A stretch of DNA of 61,574 nt, the filler included. It is 6 parts of 6 records of this genome, joined end to end, with 100 filler letters (N's around TTAATTAATTAA, not from the genome) between each part and the next. Parts side by side here need not be neighbours in the genome. Positions count along the whole stretch, not along the records: positions 12,958 to 23,422 come from DRR723986_14207; positions 23,523 to 30,785 come from DRR723986_14210; positions 30,886 to 50,047 come from DRR723986_14218; 3 more parts are not named here. One strand, given 5' to 3'. The position numbers and the translations under genes are program-made. Below the pieces are notes generated by a model. It was given only the letters and a program-made list of their open reading frames with translations. It did no database searches and was not told where the DNA came from. This document shows positions 21,640 through 30,886 of the stretch, piece by piece (the stretch's first letter is position 1; every line of letters begins with the position of its first letter).

Positions 21640-22310
21640 GTTTTTCTGCCCGTGCTCATATGCCTTTTACGGCCATAGCCGGGAACGCGCGCCACGTCGA
21701 ACCCGGCAGCGACAAGGGCGCGTCGCACGTCGCCTGCCGCAGTATACGTGGCAAAGCTGCCACCTGTCGCGGTGTGGCGGCCAACTTGCCCCATCAGATC
21801 GGCCCCCCAAAGTTCCGGGTTCTTGGCGGGGGAGAAGCCATCGAGAAACCATGCATCCGCCCGCCCATCCCACGCGGGAAGGGTCGCGCGCGCATCGCCC
21901 ACGATCAGGCGCATCTCTAAGTCATCACGGATCAGCGGGCGCTTTGGGTCAGCCAGCAATGTCGCGGTATCTTGGGCAAACTCCGCAGCCTCGGGGAACG
22001 CTGCCAGCGCCTGAAGCGCGTCCTCGGGCGGCATCGGGAAGGCCTCGAAACTGGTGAAGCGAAGCGGGCCCGACAGACCCGCCTGCCGCCAGGCCAAGCG
22101 TGCTGCAATCAGGTTCAGCCCGGTGCCAAACCCGAGTTCGGCAATGTGAAACCCCGGTGCAAAGCGCACGGGCAGGTCGTTGCCGCCAAGAAACACATGC
22201 CGCGTCTCGGCCAGACCGTTGTCGAGCGAGTAATAGGGATCGTCAAAGCGTTCCGACACGGGCACGCCATTGTCTTTCCACAGGGTCCGGTCTGTCTGGG
22301 CTTTGGTCAT
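21636..22310 (-). CDS. mnmD: tRNA mnm5s2U34 methyltransferase (stand-alone MnmC methyltransferase domain)
   Basis: S.RFDDPYYS..GLAETRHVF, ELGFGTGLN, WFLDGFSPAKNPELW; start ATG 22310. Confidence 0.92.
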   Translation of the reverse strand: MTKAQTDRTLWKDNGVPVSERFDDPYYSLDNGLAETRHVFLGGNDLPVRFAPGFHIAELGFGTGLNLIAARLAWRQAGLSGPLRFTSFEAFPMPPEDALQALAAFPEAAEFAQDTATLLADPKRPLIRDDLEMRLIVGDARATLPAWDGRADAWFLDGFSPAKNPELWGADLMGQVGRHTATGGSFATYTAAGDVRRALVAAGFDVARVPGYGRKRHMSTGRKT

Positions 22311-22358
22311 GGGCTGACCTATGAAGGGTTCTGTCAGGTTCGGCAAGCGGGGGCAGAC

Positions 22359-23393
22359 ATGGTGGATGTGACGGTCAGGGGGGCGGGTATTTTCGGATTG
22401 TCCGTGGCCTGGGCCTGCGTATCGCGGGGGGCGTCTGTCCGGGTGATCGACCCAAATGGCGTTGCGGCCGGCGCGTCGGGCGGCCTTGTCGGCGCGCTCG
22501 CCCCGCACACGCCAGAACGCTGGAATGACAAGAAAGAGCTTCAGTTTCAAAGCCTCGACATGGCCGAGGCGATGTGGGCCGAGGTCGCAGAGGTTGGCGG
22601 CGAAGACCCCGGCTACGCCCGCACCGGTCGCATTCAACCCGTCGGTGTGCTGGAGATTGCCACCGAACGCGCCCGCAATGCCGAGGACCTGTGGCGCGGC
22701 AAATACACGTGGGAAATCCGCGATGTGCGAGACTTCGGCCCGTTCGCGCCGGTCACGGCCTCTGGCCTCGTGATCCATGACACGCTGACCGGCCGCGCCC
22801 ATCCCCGAAAGGCGACATCAGCCCTCGCCGCGGCCCTGCGCGCAAAGGGCGTGGAGATAACGGATAACGCCCCGGAACGGGGCAAGGTCGTTCACGCCAC
22901 TGGCGCAGCGGGTCTGGTCGCCTTGTCCCAGGACCTGGGCAAGCCCGTGGGTGCCCCCATCAAAGGTCAATCCGCGATCTTCGGGTATGATGCCCGCAAT
23001 TGCCCCCAGATTTTCGTCGACGGGTTGCATGTCATTCCCCATGCCGACGGCACCACCGCGATTGGCTCGACCACCGAACGTGAATTCACCGACCCCACAC
23101 GCTGCGATGGCGGGCTAGATGATATCCTTGGCCGCATCATCCGGCTGGTCCCAGTGCTGCGCGAATGTCCGGTTCTGGAAAGATGGGCCGGCCTGCGCCC
23201 TCGTGCCCGATCCCGTGCCCCGATGCTTGGTGCCTATCCCGGTCGGCCCGGTCACTTCATCGCCAATGGCGGTTTCAAGATCGGCTTCGGCATGGCCCCG
23301 ATCGTGGGGCAACTCATGGCGGACCTGATTCTGGATGGCGAAGATACCCTCCCCGACAGTTTCCGGGTCGAGGCCTCTATCCCCAAAACCTAG
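22359..23393 (+). CDS. FAD-dependent oxidoreductase (DAO family; MnmC oxidase-like)
   Basis: GAGIFG dinucleotide motif, GASGG..G, WAGLRP; divergent from mnmD. Confidence 0.85.
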   Translation: MVDVTVRGAGIFGLSVAWACVSRGASVRVIDPNGVAAGASGGLVGALAPHTPERWNDKKELQFQSLDMAEAMWAEVAEVGGEDPGYARTGRIQPVGVLEIATERARNAEDLWRGKYTWEIRDVRDFGPFAPVTASGLVIHDTLTGRAHPRKATSALAAALRAKGVEITDNAPERGKVVHATGAAGLVALSQDLGKPVGAPIKGQSAIFGYDARNCPQIFVDGLHVIPHADGTTAIGSTTEREFTDPTRCDGGLDDILGRIIRLVPVLRECPVLERWAGLRPRARSRAPMLGAYPGRPGHFIANGGFKIGFGMAPIVGQLMADLILDGEDTLPDSFRVEASIPKT

Positions 23394-23422
23394 CCCTTCT
23401 TCTTGGCCCAAATACTCCCGCC

Positions 23423-23522
23423 NNNNNNNNNNNNNNNNNNNNNNNNNNNNNNNNNNNNNNNNNNNNTTAATTAATTAANNNNNNNNNNNNNNNNNNNNNN
23501 NNNNNNNNNNNNNNNNNNNNNN
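23423..23522. other. artificial contig spacer
   Basis: N run with TTAATTAATTAA. Confidence 0.98.
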
Positions 23523-23546
23523 GTTCAAATCCGCCCCCGGGCACCA
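23523..23546 (+). tRNA. 3' fragment of a tRNA (T-loop, acceptor 3' strand, CCA), most likely tRNA-Phe; or an att-site duplicate
   Basis: GTTCAAAT-CCGCC-CCCGGGC-A-CCA. The anticodon is not in the contig, so identity is inferred from resemblance to alphaproteobacterial tRNA-Phe 3' ends. Confidence 0.75.
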
Positions 23547-23553
23547 TTAAAAT

Positions 23554-23581
23554 AGGCCGTCCCTTCGGGAACGGCCTTTTT
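23554..23581 (+). terminator. rho-independent terminator after the tRNA end
   Basis: AGGCCGTCCC-TTCG-GGAACGGCCT followed by a T tract. Confidence 0.85.
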
Positions 23582-23781
23582 CATTTGTTGCTTAAAAACT
23601 ACATCCACAAATTCTGGATGACTTCTTATGTTGTCGCGCAATATTTCTTACGTTGGCCCTAGGCAGAACCTGTCACAGATAGTCCCCGCAACCAATTTAG
23701 GTAGATACACAATTTACATATTAACTAAATTTCCTCATGATACAAAAATAGAACCGCTACGTGCCTTCGGAGGCCTATATT

Positions 23782-24780
23782 TTGACCAAAACCTCTTGCC
23801 CGATTTCAAATGCTAAGGCAGTCACATTACAGCAATCTCCTGGGATTGATGGTGACCTCTATGATTCCCCTGATGCTGGAGGTAAATATCGGATATCCGG
23901 AACTGCTAAAGCCATGCTCAACTCTTTGAGTGCCGACGAAAGGCAGTACCTTATCGACCTGATAACATATGAAAACAACTTCGACGGCATACCTATAATT
24001 TCTAGCCTCACAATAAAAGAAGCTAAAAAGAAAGTTGCGAAGCGCGAAAAATCTAAGAGCGGAAAAAACAAAGCTCAAGAACGGCGGCTTGAAGCCGAGG
24101 CACAGTGGAAAAATTTCTTAAACTGGGTAGATGAATACAGTAGAGCAAACTGGTTGTTTCGTGGCGTCGCAGATGCACAAAACCACCAACTCGTACCCAA
24201 AATCGCCCGGCTTGATCTAGGGGGGTATAACGCCAATAGCGAAGCCACAATTTTCCGCAATTTTCAAAGACGTGCGCGCCAATATATCGATGCATCAAAC
24301 ATGACAGAGTGGGATTGGCTCGCAGTCGCACAACATCATGGTTTACCTACTAGACTACTCGATTGGACCAGCAATGCGCTGGTTGCCGCATATTTCTCGG
24401 TAACTAGTTTTCCCGAAGATAGCGACGCGATCATATATGCTTTAAATACGTCCAAATATGATTTGCTGGATTCAACTGCATCTTGCAGACCATTTGAAGT
24501 CACAGCAGACAACTTATTCAAGCCATCCAGCCACTCTTTAAGGGTAGTTTCCCAAAAAGGATTCTTCACCATCAGTCCAGATCCAAGCACACCACTCGAA
24601 GAGAAAGACAGCTTGTTGAAGACGTTCAACATTCCTGCCACAGACAAACACATATTCGCAAAAAAACTATTCTATCTGGGTATGGATAGCTCCCATATCA
24701 TGGCTGATATTGATGGGATTTGCCAAACATTGGGTTGGCAATACAAAAACAACATCGCAATTGGCAAGTTCAACTATTAG
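23782..24780 (+). CDS. FRG-domain protein with an extra N-terminal domain
   Basis: WLFRG, LVPKIAR, AQHHGLPTRLLDWT.N.LVA.YF; likely TTG start at 23782 after GGAGG (track start 23761). Confidence 0.9.
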   Translation: MTKTSCPISNAKAVTLQQSPGIDGDLYDSPDAGGKYRISGTAKAMLNSLSADERQYLIDLITYENNFDGIPIISSLTIKEAKKKVAKREKSKSGKNKAQERRLEAEAQWKNFLNWVDEYSRANWLFRGVADAQNHQLVPKIARLDLGGYNANSEATIFRNFQRRARQYIDASNMTEWDWLAVAQHHGLPTRLLDWTSNALVAAYFSVTSFPEDSDAIIYALNTSKYDLLDSTASCRPFEVTADNLFKPSSHSLRVVSQKGFFTISPDPSTPLEEKDSLLKTFNIPATDKHIFAKKLFYLGMDSSHIMADIDGICQTLGWQYKNNIAIGKFNY

Positions 24781-24785
24781 GATTC

Positions 24786-25130
24786 ATGATGGCAATAATT
24801 GATCAACATGAGCTGTTCGCTAAACTCCAGCCCTTCTTTGACAACGCAATACAAGACCCGGTTTCCGGGATTAACAATTGGGATGATCTGGATTGCCTAT
24901 CGGGACATACGCGCGTGGAAGACATCTATGCTGACCCAGACGGTTTGATTATCAAGGGGTCCAAGTTCTCTGGGATTGGTGAAGTGATAGTCGAATTATC
25001 ATTTGGAGGAGCGCGTGATCGCACTTCTTTTGGCGATTCTTTCCCCGTTACATATGTAGGAGAAGTATCTAAGGATGACACAATTCACGTAACATCTCTT
25101 ACTGTCGATACGAGTTCCTATTATGAATAG
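24786..25130 (+). CDS. small acidic protein resembling the predicted pPIWI-associating nuclease domain (pP_pnuc_1)
   Basis: LD.LS.HTRVE..., G.V.V.L.FG...D...DSFP..., terminal VDTSSYYE; starts 5 nt after the FRG stop. Confidence 0.6.
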   Translation: MMAIIDQHELFAKLQPFFDNAIQDPVSGINNWDDLDCLSGHTRVEDIYADPDGLIIKGSKFSGIGEVIVELSFGGARDRTSFGDSFPVTYVGEVSKDDTIHVTSLTVDTSSYYE

Positions 25131-25348
25131 CCAGCTACAAAGTCTCTATTGGGTTTCGAAAGATTAGGGTTTTGGTTTTTTTAAAGTTGCTAAGATAAAG
25201 CTACTATTCCGCCGACAATACCTTCCAGCAAGCTTAATGTATCTAGGCTTATTTGCAGTATCTCAGATAGGGGACTTCTCTGAGACCACACAAAATTAAA
25301 TTGATTTAGTGTTCACCTTGGTTAGGATCTCATAAATATCATCAGGGG

Positions 25349-25954
25349 ATGAATTCTAACATGACTGCTCCTTTCAATTCAAAAATCAAAGAAGCACTCG
25401 CCTACAATCGCGACAAGTCCGCACCTGGTTTACCGTTTTTACCTAGAATCGACGTACTCATTGATTCCGATCATTGTCAGCAAGTTTCAGATGCTTTGGT
25501 CAATAAAGGCTCGAATTGGTCAAAACTTGATGCCGGAACAAACATGGCGTTACATATTCCAGATCAATACGGTTTGTACATGTTCGTTTGGATACCTGAG
25601 CTTAAACTCAAGATCGAAGAACCCAACGGCACAACCAAATTCTCCAAATTTCCATGGTGTCTTTATGTCGGCAAAGCCCAAAATTCCACACTAAAGGCTA
25701 GATTCACGTCAGAATATCAGAAGTATATTGACGGCAACCCTAGTGATTTATGGGAACCAACCCAAGAAAAACGGGAAGTCTTGCTACGAACCTATCTACC
25801 GATTAGGCCACTTCAATATTGGTTTCTCCCGGTTCACAAGCCTGCCGATACAGATGAGTTGGAAAGAAAACTCATATACATATTGCAACCTCCGTTGAAT
25901 CTTCAGAGAAAAATCCGAGCTAGCCTAGCACAAAAACCAATCCCTGCTTTTTAG
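25349..25954 (+). CDS. GIY-YIG superfamily nuclease
   Basis: GLY...YVGKA...LKARF...ELERKLI...PPLN. Confidence 0.8.
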   Translation: MNSNMTAPFNSKIKEALAYNRDKSAPGLPFLPRIDVLIDSDHCQQVSDALVNKGSNWSKLDAGTNMALHIPDQYGLYMFVWIPELKLKIEEPNGTTKFSKFPWCLYVGKAQNSTLKARFTSEYQKYIDGNPSDLWEPTQEKREVLLRTYLPIRPLQYWFLPVHKPADTDELERKLIYILQPPLNLQRKIRASLAQKPIPAF

Positions 25955-25964
25955 GAGAACTAGA

Positions 25965-27254
25965 ATGTCAAACAAAACACTTATTCCGGCATTCAATGCC
26001 AAGGTGGGGGATTGGAATTATTATATCTGTCATATGAAGTATGGCGAAGTTGCTCGGCAAGTTAACTTCGCCTATGAACTTGGCGGCAATAAAGATCTCT
26101 CCACTATGATCCAAAGAGGTATTTCATCCAGGACGGAAGAAATTACTGAGTACCTTCTATCATCTGACCACAGGTTTTTAGGTGCTCTCATTGTCGCGGC
26201 TTGGGGGGGCGCTCCTGAGTACATCCCTGTAGAAATTACCGATGCAAACGGCGACCAAATGGTCACTGGCTTAGATCGCTCATTTGGTGTGCTGACATTT
26301 GATGGGTCACAGCAGTATTTTGCTCTGGACGGTCAACACAGACTTCGAGCAATAAAAGAGGCATTGATCGCCAACCCTGAACTGGCGAAAGAAGATATCT
26401 GTGTTTTGATGGTTGCTCATTACAATACTGAAGAAGGTCGCCAAAAGACTCGCAGACTTTTTACAAATATCAATAGGAATGCAAAAGTCACTACCGGCGC
26501 GGAGAATATTGTTTTGGATGAAGATGATGGCATAGCCATTTTGACTCGTCGGTTTATTACTGAGCACAGTTTTTTAAGCCAAAAAGGCAGAGTGAAAGTC
26601 ATCAATAAGAAGTCAGATGATGGCGAATTGAAACTAGCTCCATCAAATATTCCAGTTGGAGATAAGTTTGCTTGGACTTCTATTGTGCCGTTATACGATT
26701 GCCTCAAATTGCTGGCATTCGGTCTACCATCCTCAATGAAAAATCCTACTGCAAGACCAGCGAATGATGTCCTCGATAAGGCGTACGACGTGCTCAGCAA
26801 ACGCATTGAAGAATTACTAGAGGCCTGCGGCAAAACTGAACAGAGGCTTGACGGAGCCGACAATGCTAGAGAAATCCGGTTCCCAAAAGGTTCAGAATCT
26901 AACGGTCATCCATTTATGAGACCAGCGATTCAAAAAGCAGTATGTAAGGTAATAAACTCTTCAATGGAGAAAGATCCACAGGTGATTGAGTGGGAAGAAC
27001 TACTCGTAAGACTTGCTAAACTTGACTGGCGACTAGGGGCCGCGCCATGGAACGCAGTTTACTCGGTTGAAGGCAAAAAAATGTTGACTGGCAAAGAATT
27101 CAATGAAGTTTTGGACAAACTTCTTATTGCACACCTAGCTCCTTTAAATAAGGCCTTTGTAAGAAATGCTCGACGCTCATATAGAGAGCTGTTTGGTCAT
27201 CCCTATCCCTATTCAGAGGAAGACCTAATTCAGAATGTAGTGCAGCAGGAATAA
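25965..27254 (+). CDS. DGQHR-domain (DndB-like, ParB-superfamily) protein
   Basis: IQR, I.EYL, RF, LDGQHRL, RLFTNIN; SD AGGAG overlapping the GIY-YIG stop. Confidence 0.9.
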   Translation: MSNKTLIPAFNAKVGDWNYYICHMKYGEVARQVNFAYELGGNKDLSTMIQRGISSRTEEITEYLLSSDHRFLGALIVAAWGGAPEYIPVEITDANGDQMVTGLDRSFGVLTFDGSQQYFALDGQHRLRAIKEALIANPELAKEDICVLMVAHYNTEEGRQKTRRLFTNINRNAKVTTGAENIVLDEDDGIAILTRRFITEHSFLSQKGRVKVINKKSDDGELKLAPSNIPVGDKFAWTSIVPLYDCLKLLAFGLPSSMKNPTARPANDVLDKAYDVLSKRIEELLEACGKTEQRLDGADNAREIRFPKGSESNGHPFMRPAIQKAVCKVINSSMEKDPQVIEWEELLVRLAKLDWRLGAAPWNAVYSVEGKKMLTGKEFNEVLDKLLIAHLAPLNKAFVRNARRSYRELFGHPYPYSEEDLIQNVVQQE

Positions 27255-27322
27255 TTCGACTATGGAGGTACAGCAGACTCTTATACGACTCCAGTTGATT
27301 TCCGCCCAGAATTGGAAAAGTC

Positions 27323-27739
27323 ATGAGCGAAAAAATCTGTTTAGAAGAGATATATCGGCAGCAGTATGCGCATTTCGGAAGAATGAATGACCTACTCTAC
27401 AAACTTCCAGTCATTTTTTCAGCTGGGATTGGTGCGTTTTGGTATTTTGGTTACCAAGTGAAAAGCGATACTCCATCTGTGTCTATTGTAGTGTTTATTT
27501 TTTCTGCAGCTTTATCTATTGCCTGTTTTCAGGTTACCCGGCGTTTCGGAATGGCTTTCACAGCGTACATTGTGAACATTAATAAGTTAGACGGCTCGTA
27601 TGCAATTTCGTTGGAAAGTGATAACAGTCCGTCTGTAATTAATGTAATTAAATTCATCCTTTTGTTATCGACGGGACTTTCATTATTAGTTGCGGGCTTA
27701 ATTGCTTACTTCACTTATTGCCCAATGGCAGCGAACTAA
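27323..27739 (+). CDS. small 3-TM membrane protein, unknown function
   Basis: N-terminal helix, two TMs, amphipathic segment, third TM; clean 138-aa ORF. Confidence 0.7.
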   Translation: MSEKICLEEIYRQQYAHFGRMNDLLYKLPVIFSAGIGAFWYFGYQVKSDTPSVSIVVFIFSAALSIACFQVTRRFGMAFTAYIVNINKLDGSYAISLESDNSPSVINVIKFILLLSTGLSLLVAGLIAYFTYCPMAAN

Positions 27740-27774
27740 CTCAAAAAACTGAAAACCTCATATTCCATCACAAT

Positions 27775-28617
27775 CTATTTGTGACAAGTGACGCACATCT
27801 TCTGCTGACCATATAGATCGTCGATATCTATAGGATCATGGTTTGGCCGAAGCGGGTTTTGCACACGTTTCGCTTTCTCTCGTGCTAGACGTTTTTCATA
27901 ATCAGCCTGTATTGCTGCAACACGTTCTGGCTGCGATAGCTCGATGAGCGTTTCACCTTGGCTCCATGAAAAAGGCGAACCGTGTTCCAAGGCGTTCTTT
28001 TCATATGCCTTAGCTTCTTCGAAAGCATCTGGGTGTTCCTTCATGAGTCTTACCCATTCAATCTTTCGTTGGAAGAAACAGAAGGTACAGCCACTGCGCG
28101 ACCGCCAGGAGTAATAAGCAGGTAGACCCAAACCAGCAGAGTCTAGCAAATCCATAACGCCGGCTTTATCCACGCCGTCTTCTTTAAAAGGAAGTTTGAT
28201 AATTAACTTGTCACTTTTCGAAGCATAGCCTTCGCGAAACTCTTCATCAGCGCGAATAGCGACATAGCTATAAACGGTGTAGCCTTCATCCAAAAAGTCC
28301 CTCTTAACCCACTCCTCAAAAGGTTTGAGTTTCAACATCTTCGTGCACCACCTCGTTTGTGCAGACGGCAAAAAACTGTTATATTGATTGAGCCAAAAAT
28401 CAAAATCCCGACTTGGATCAAGCCGCGTTATATTTTTGCCGAGAAACCCTTCTAGGTTGGTGAGGTAGCTATAGACCTCTGGAAGCTCTTTACCTGTATC
28501 GGTGAAAAAATATTCGATTTCGAGTTCAGGGTGCATGAGGTTCATATAAACGGCGAGCGCCGCACTGTCTTTGCCACCAGAAATACCAAGAACATGTTTA
28601 ATCTTTTCACTAGGCAA
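27775..28617 (-). CDS. sspD: PAPS-reductase-family ATP pyrophosphatase, SspD-like (DNA phosphorothioation)
   Basis: PP-loop SGGKDS, DTGKELPE, RWCT..LK, RSGCTFCF, terminal CVTCHK. TTG start at 28617 after AGGAG, overlapping the upstream stop. Confidence 0.75.
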   Translation of the reverse strand: MPSEKIKHVLGISGGKDSAALAVYMNLMHPELEIEYFFTDTGKELPEVYSYLTNLEGFLGKNITRLDPSRDFDFWLNQYNSFLPSAQTRWCTKMLKLKPFEEWVKRDFLDEGYTVYSYVAIRADEEFREGYASKSDKLIIKLPFKEDGVDKAGVMDLLDSAGLGLPAYYSWRSRSGCTFCFFQRKIEWVRLMKEHPDAFEEAKAYEKNALEHGSPFSWSQGETLIELSQPERVAAIQADYEKRLAREKAKRVQNPLRPNHDPIDIDDLYGQQKMCVTCHK

Positions 28618-30785
28618 GTTTCTTCTCCTCGACCAAGCGATCATGCTCATCAATTAGAGAGGCACTAACTTGCGCTAGAGCGGCAAGGACAAGGTTGGGG
28701 TCAGACTTCGCACTTGCTGCCACAGCGGCCTCGATCTGTTGCACGAGAGAGCCAATTCTCTCGTTTTCAGAGTCAAGAACGTCAAACTCACGAACGTACG
28801 GTGCAGGCCTACCACTCATGCCCACGACTACGGCAATGGCTTCCCTTTTGTCTTTACGGCCTTTAACTCGTGCGACAGTTTCATGGCGATTAAACGCTTG
28901 CGCTAAATTTGTCAGTTCTACAGCCGCTTGATCGAGATCAGTGTCGATCCAATCCTTGGGTTGCCGGTTAACCGCCAAGCTAGCCAAAGCTTCAAATGAG
29001 CCAAGCGTCTCATCGAGTGATGAGACCCTATTGATAAATGCCTCTAATCGAGCGTCGCCCGTAATACCCTTTACATTAACCCCCCGCTCGCTGAGTTCAG
29101 AAAAGGCGCGCCCGGACAGGCTATGAACTTGTAACTCAGCAAGGATTTGGTCTCGCATTTTTTGAAGCATGTTCGGGTATGCATCTAGAATTTCTCTTAG
29201 GCCATCACGGGTCTGGGAGGCGACGTATTTGATTCCTTCAACCGACGTAACGTCTGTTTCAAATACATAGAGCTCAGGAATGTCGTTAAAAATAAATTTA
29301 TTGGGGTCACTTGCTTGTTTAAACACTGAGCGAAGCTGCATGGCGTTCTTTGATAGACGGAGGGTCTTATGGACCCACTTAGGCGCGCTGTCGAACGCAG
29401 CAATGAGCGCGCGTGCTACATCAATAGGCTCCAAGTCTAAAACAGGGTTTCCAGACAGCTCTGCAGCTATGTCAGCGAGTTCGCCTAACAAAGTCCGCGC
29501 AACTTCGGAAATGTCCATCCAGCGTATCTGGATAAGCTCCGGACTTTTCAAAAGATAATCGGTATCGACATCCGTAAGCCTCGAAAGAAAAATCCCTCTA
29601 TTATAATAGGCCAACTCTGCTTTTTCGGTCAGCATCAACAATACCGCCAATAGAGGCAAAACACCTTCTTTGATTCCGAAAGGAGCTGCAGTCCAAATAC
29701 CATAAAGCTCTTCAACAGTAACGCTTCGAGACTGATTTTCTTTCAAGAAGCTTTTGGCTGCTTCCCATGCCGGCGCCAAATTGGCAACTCCGTTAGCTTT
29801 AGGAGCAACAAACTTCCAATCATGCCCAGACTTGATGTGTAAACTGTTGGCTGCAAGAAGCGATGAATACAAGCCCCTCTCGGCTGGATATTTTTGGAAA
29901 CCTAAATTTTCTTCTGACTCTTTTGAAACCATGGCATGCAGGAGCATTTTCAAGGCTCCATTCGCACTTCCAGAAGGCTTCGACCGATTGATCAGCTCGT
30001 TATGTAAAACTGGCGCCTTGTTGAAGCGCTTGTCTGCAATATCAGATACTAACGAGTTCGCAGCCTGCCAAGACAATAGTTGAGGCTTGGTACCTGCAAC
30101 ATGCCAAAGCGACCCTGTAAGAATAAGCCAAACCTCTTGTTCGATTTTCAAATCAAGAGCTTCGATGCGCTCTTTGATTTCCCGACGTGCCACTTTGTCG
30201 TTTGCAATTTCCTGGTTGTTATCCAGCAAGTGAACCAATACGGCCCGATCTTTCGCTAAAGTAGCAAGCGAGTTCTCCTCTTTGGAGGCGACAGCTATTA
30301 CGTCAAAATCTGATATTTTTGCTTGTACTTTATCAATTGCATTCAGCGTGTCTTTATAAGATTCCCCAGCCGTCGGAATAGCCAACGCAACTAGACCAAA
30401 AGCCCCGCTCTTGTTCGAATGCTGAATAGCGGCACTCTCAAACTGATCCACCGGTAAAACAGCGAAGTCACACCAGCGCATATTGCCTGTTTGATGATAA
30501 TGCCTTTTCGCGGCGATGACCGGCGTTGCGACCGCAGAAGCAATGGCGCCGAGATCAATGTCATGGATTGCCCGCGACGCCTCAATCGTCGCTTCTTCAA
30601 TATCAAAGTCACTTCCTTCAAAAATCGCGTACGAATCACGGAAGCGTCTAAAAATAATGGCAGAATGGGTTTCAAGAACACGGATCGCGTGTTCAATATC
30701 ATCTCTTTCATGGCCTGGCAGTGCAAGGCACAACGCTTCTAAGCTTGCGCCAACACCGGTTTGACGACGCGTCATCTCCAACAAC
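28610..30785 (-). CDS. sspC: large ATP-binding protein, SspC-like (5'-truncated by contig end)
   Basis: More than 724 aa open to the gap; Y.IFEGSDFDI, AKRHY..TG.MR, NELINR, PFGIK.G. Coupled to an SspD-like gene. No Walker motifs in the visible part. Confidence 0.65.
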
Positions 30786-30885
30786 NNNNNNNNNNNNNNN
30801 NNNNNNNNNNNNNNNNNNNNNNNNNNNNNTTAATTAATTAANNNNNNNNNNNNNNNNNNNNNNNNNNNNNNNNNNNNNNNNNNNN
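30786..30885. other. artificial contig spacer
   Basis: N run with TTAATTAATTAA. Confidence 0.98.
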
Positions 30886-30886
30886 C

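Larger units (their letters stand above)
23523..30785. mobile_element. AT-richer tRNA-adjacent defence island (partial; no integrase visible)
   Basis: Visibly lower GC than the other contigs, tRNA 3' end at its edge, and only defence-type genes. Confidence 0.6.

Noticed and set aside
21972-22802. Apparent large overlap between mnmD and the FAD oxidoreductase
   Set aside because: Artefact of longest-ORF start choice; starts at 22310 and 22359 leave a 48-nt divergent gap.
25261-25285. Small hairpin TCTCAGA...TCTGAGA upstream of the GIY-YIG gene, as a retron-like or guide RNA
   Set aside because: Only a 7-bp stem; no reverse transcriptase or repeat array nearby.
25965-27254. Canonical dndBCDE or dpd operon
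   Set aside because: No dndC/D/E or dpdA follows on the same strand.
27775-28617. Housekeeping cysH (sulfate assimilation) or BREX type 4 brxP
   Set aside because: No cys genes nearby, no fused DUF4007 and no pglZ/brxL visible. Coupling to a large ATPase-like gene fits sspCD better, though the upstream genes are missing.
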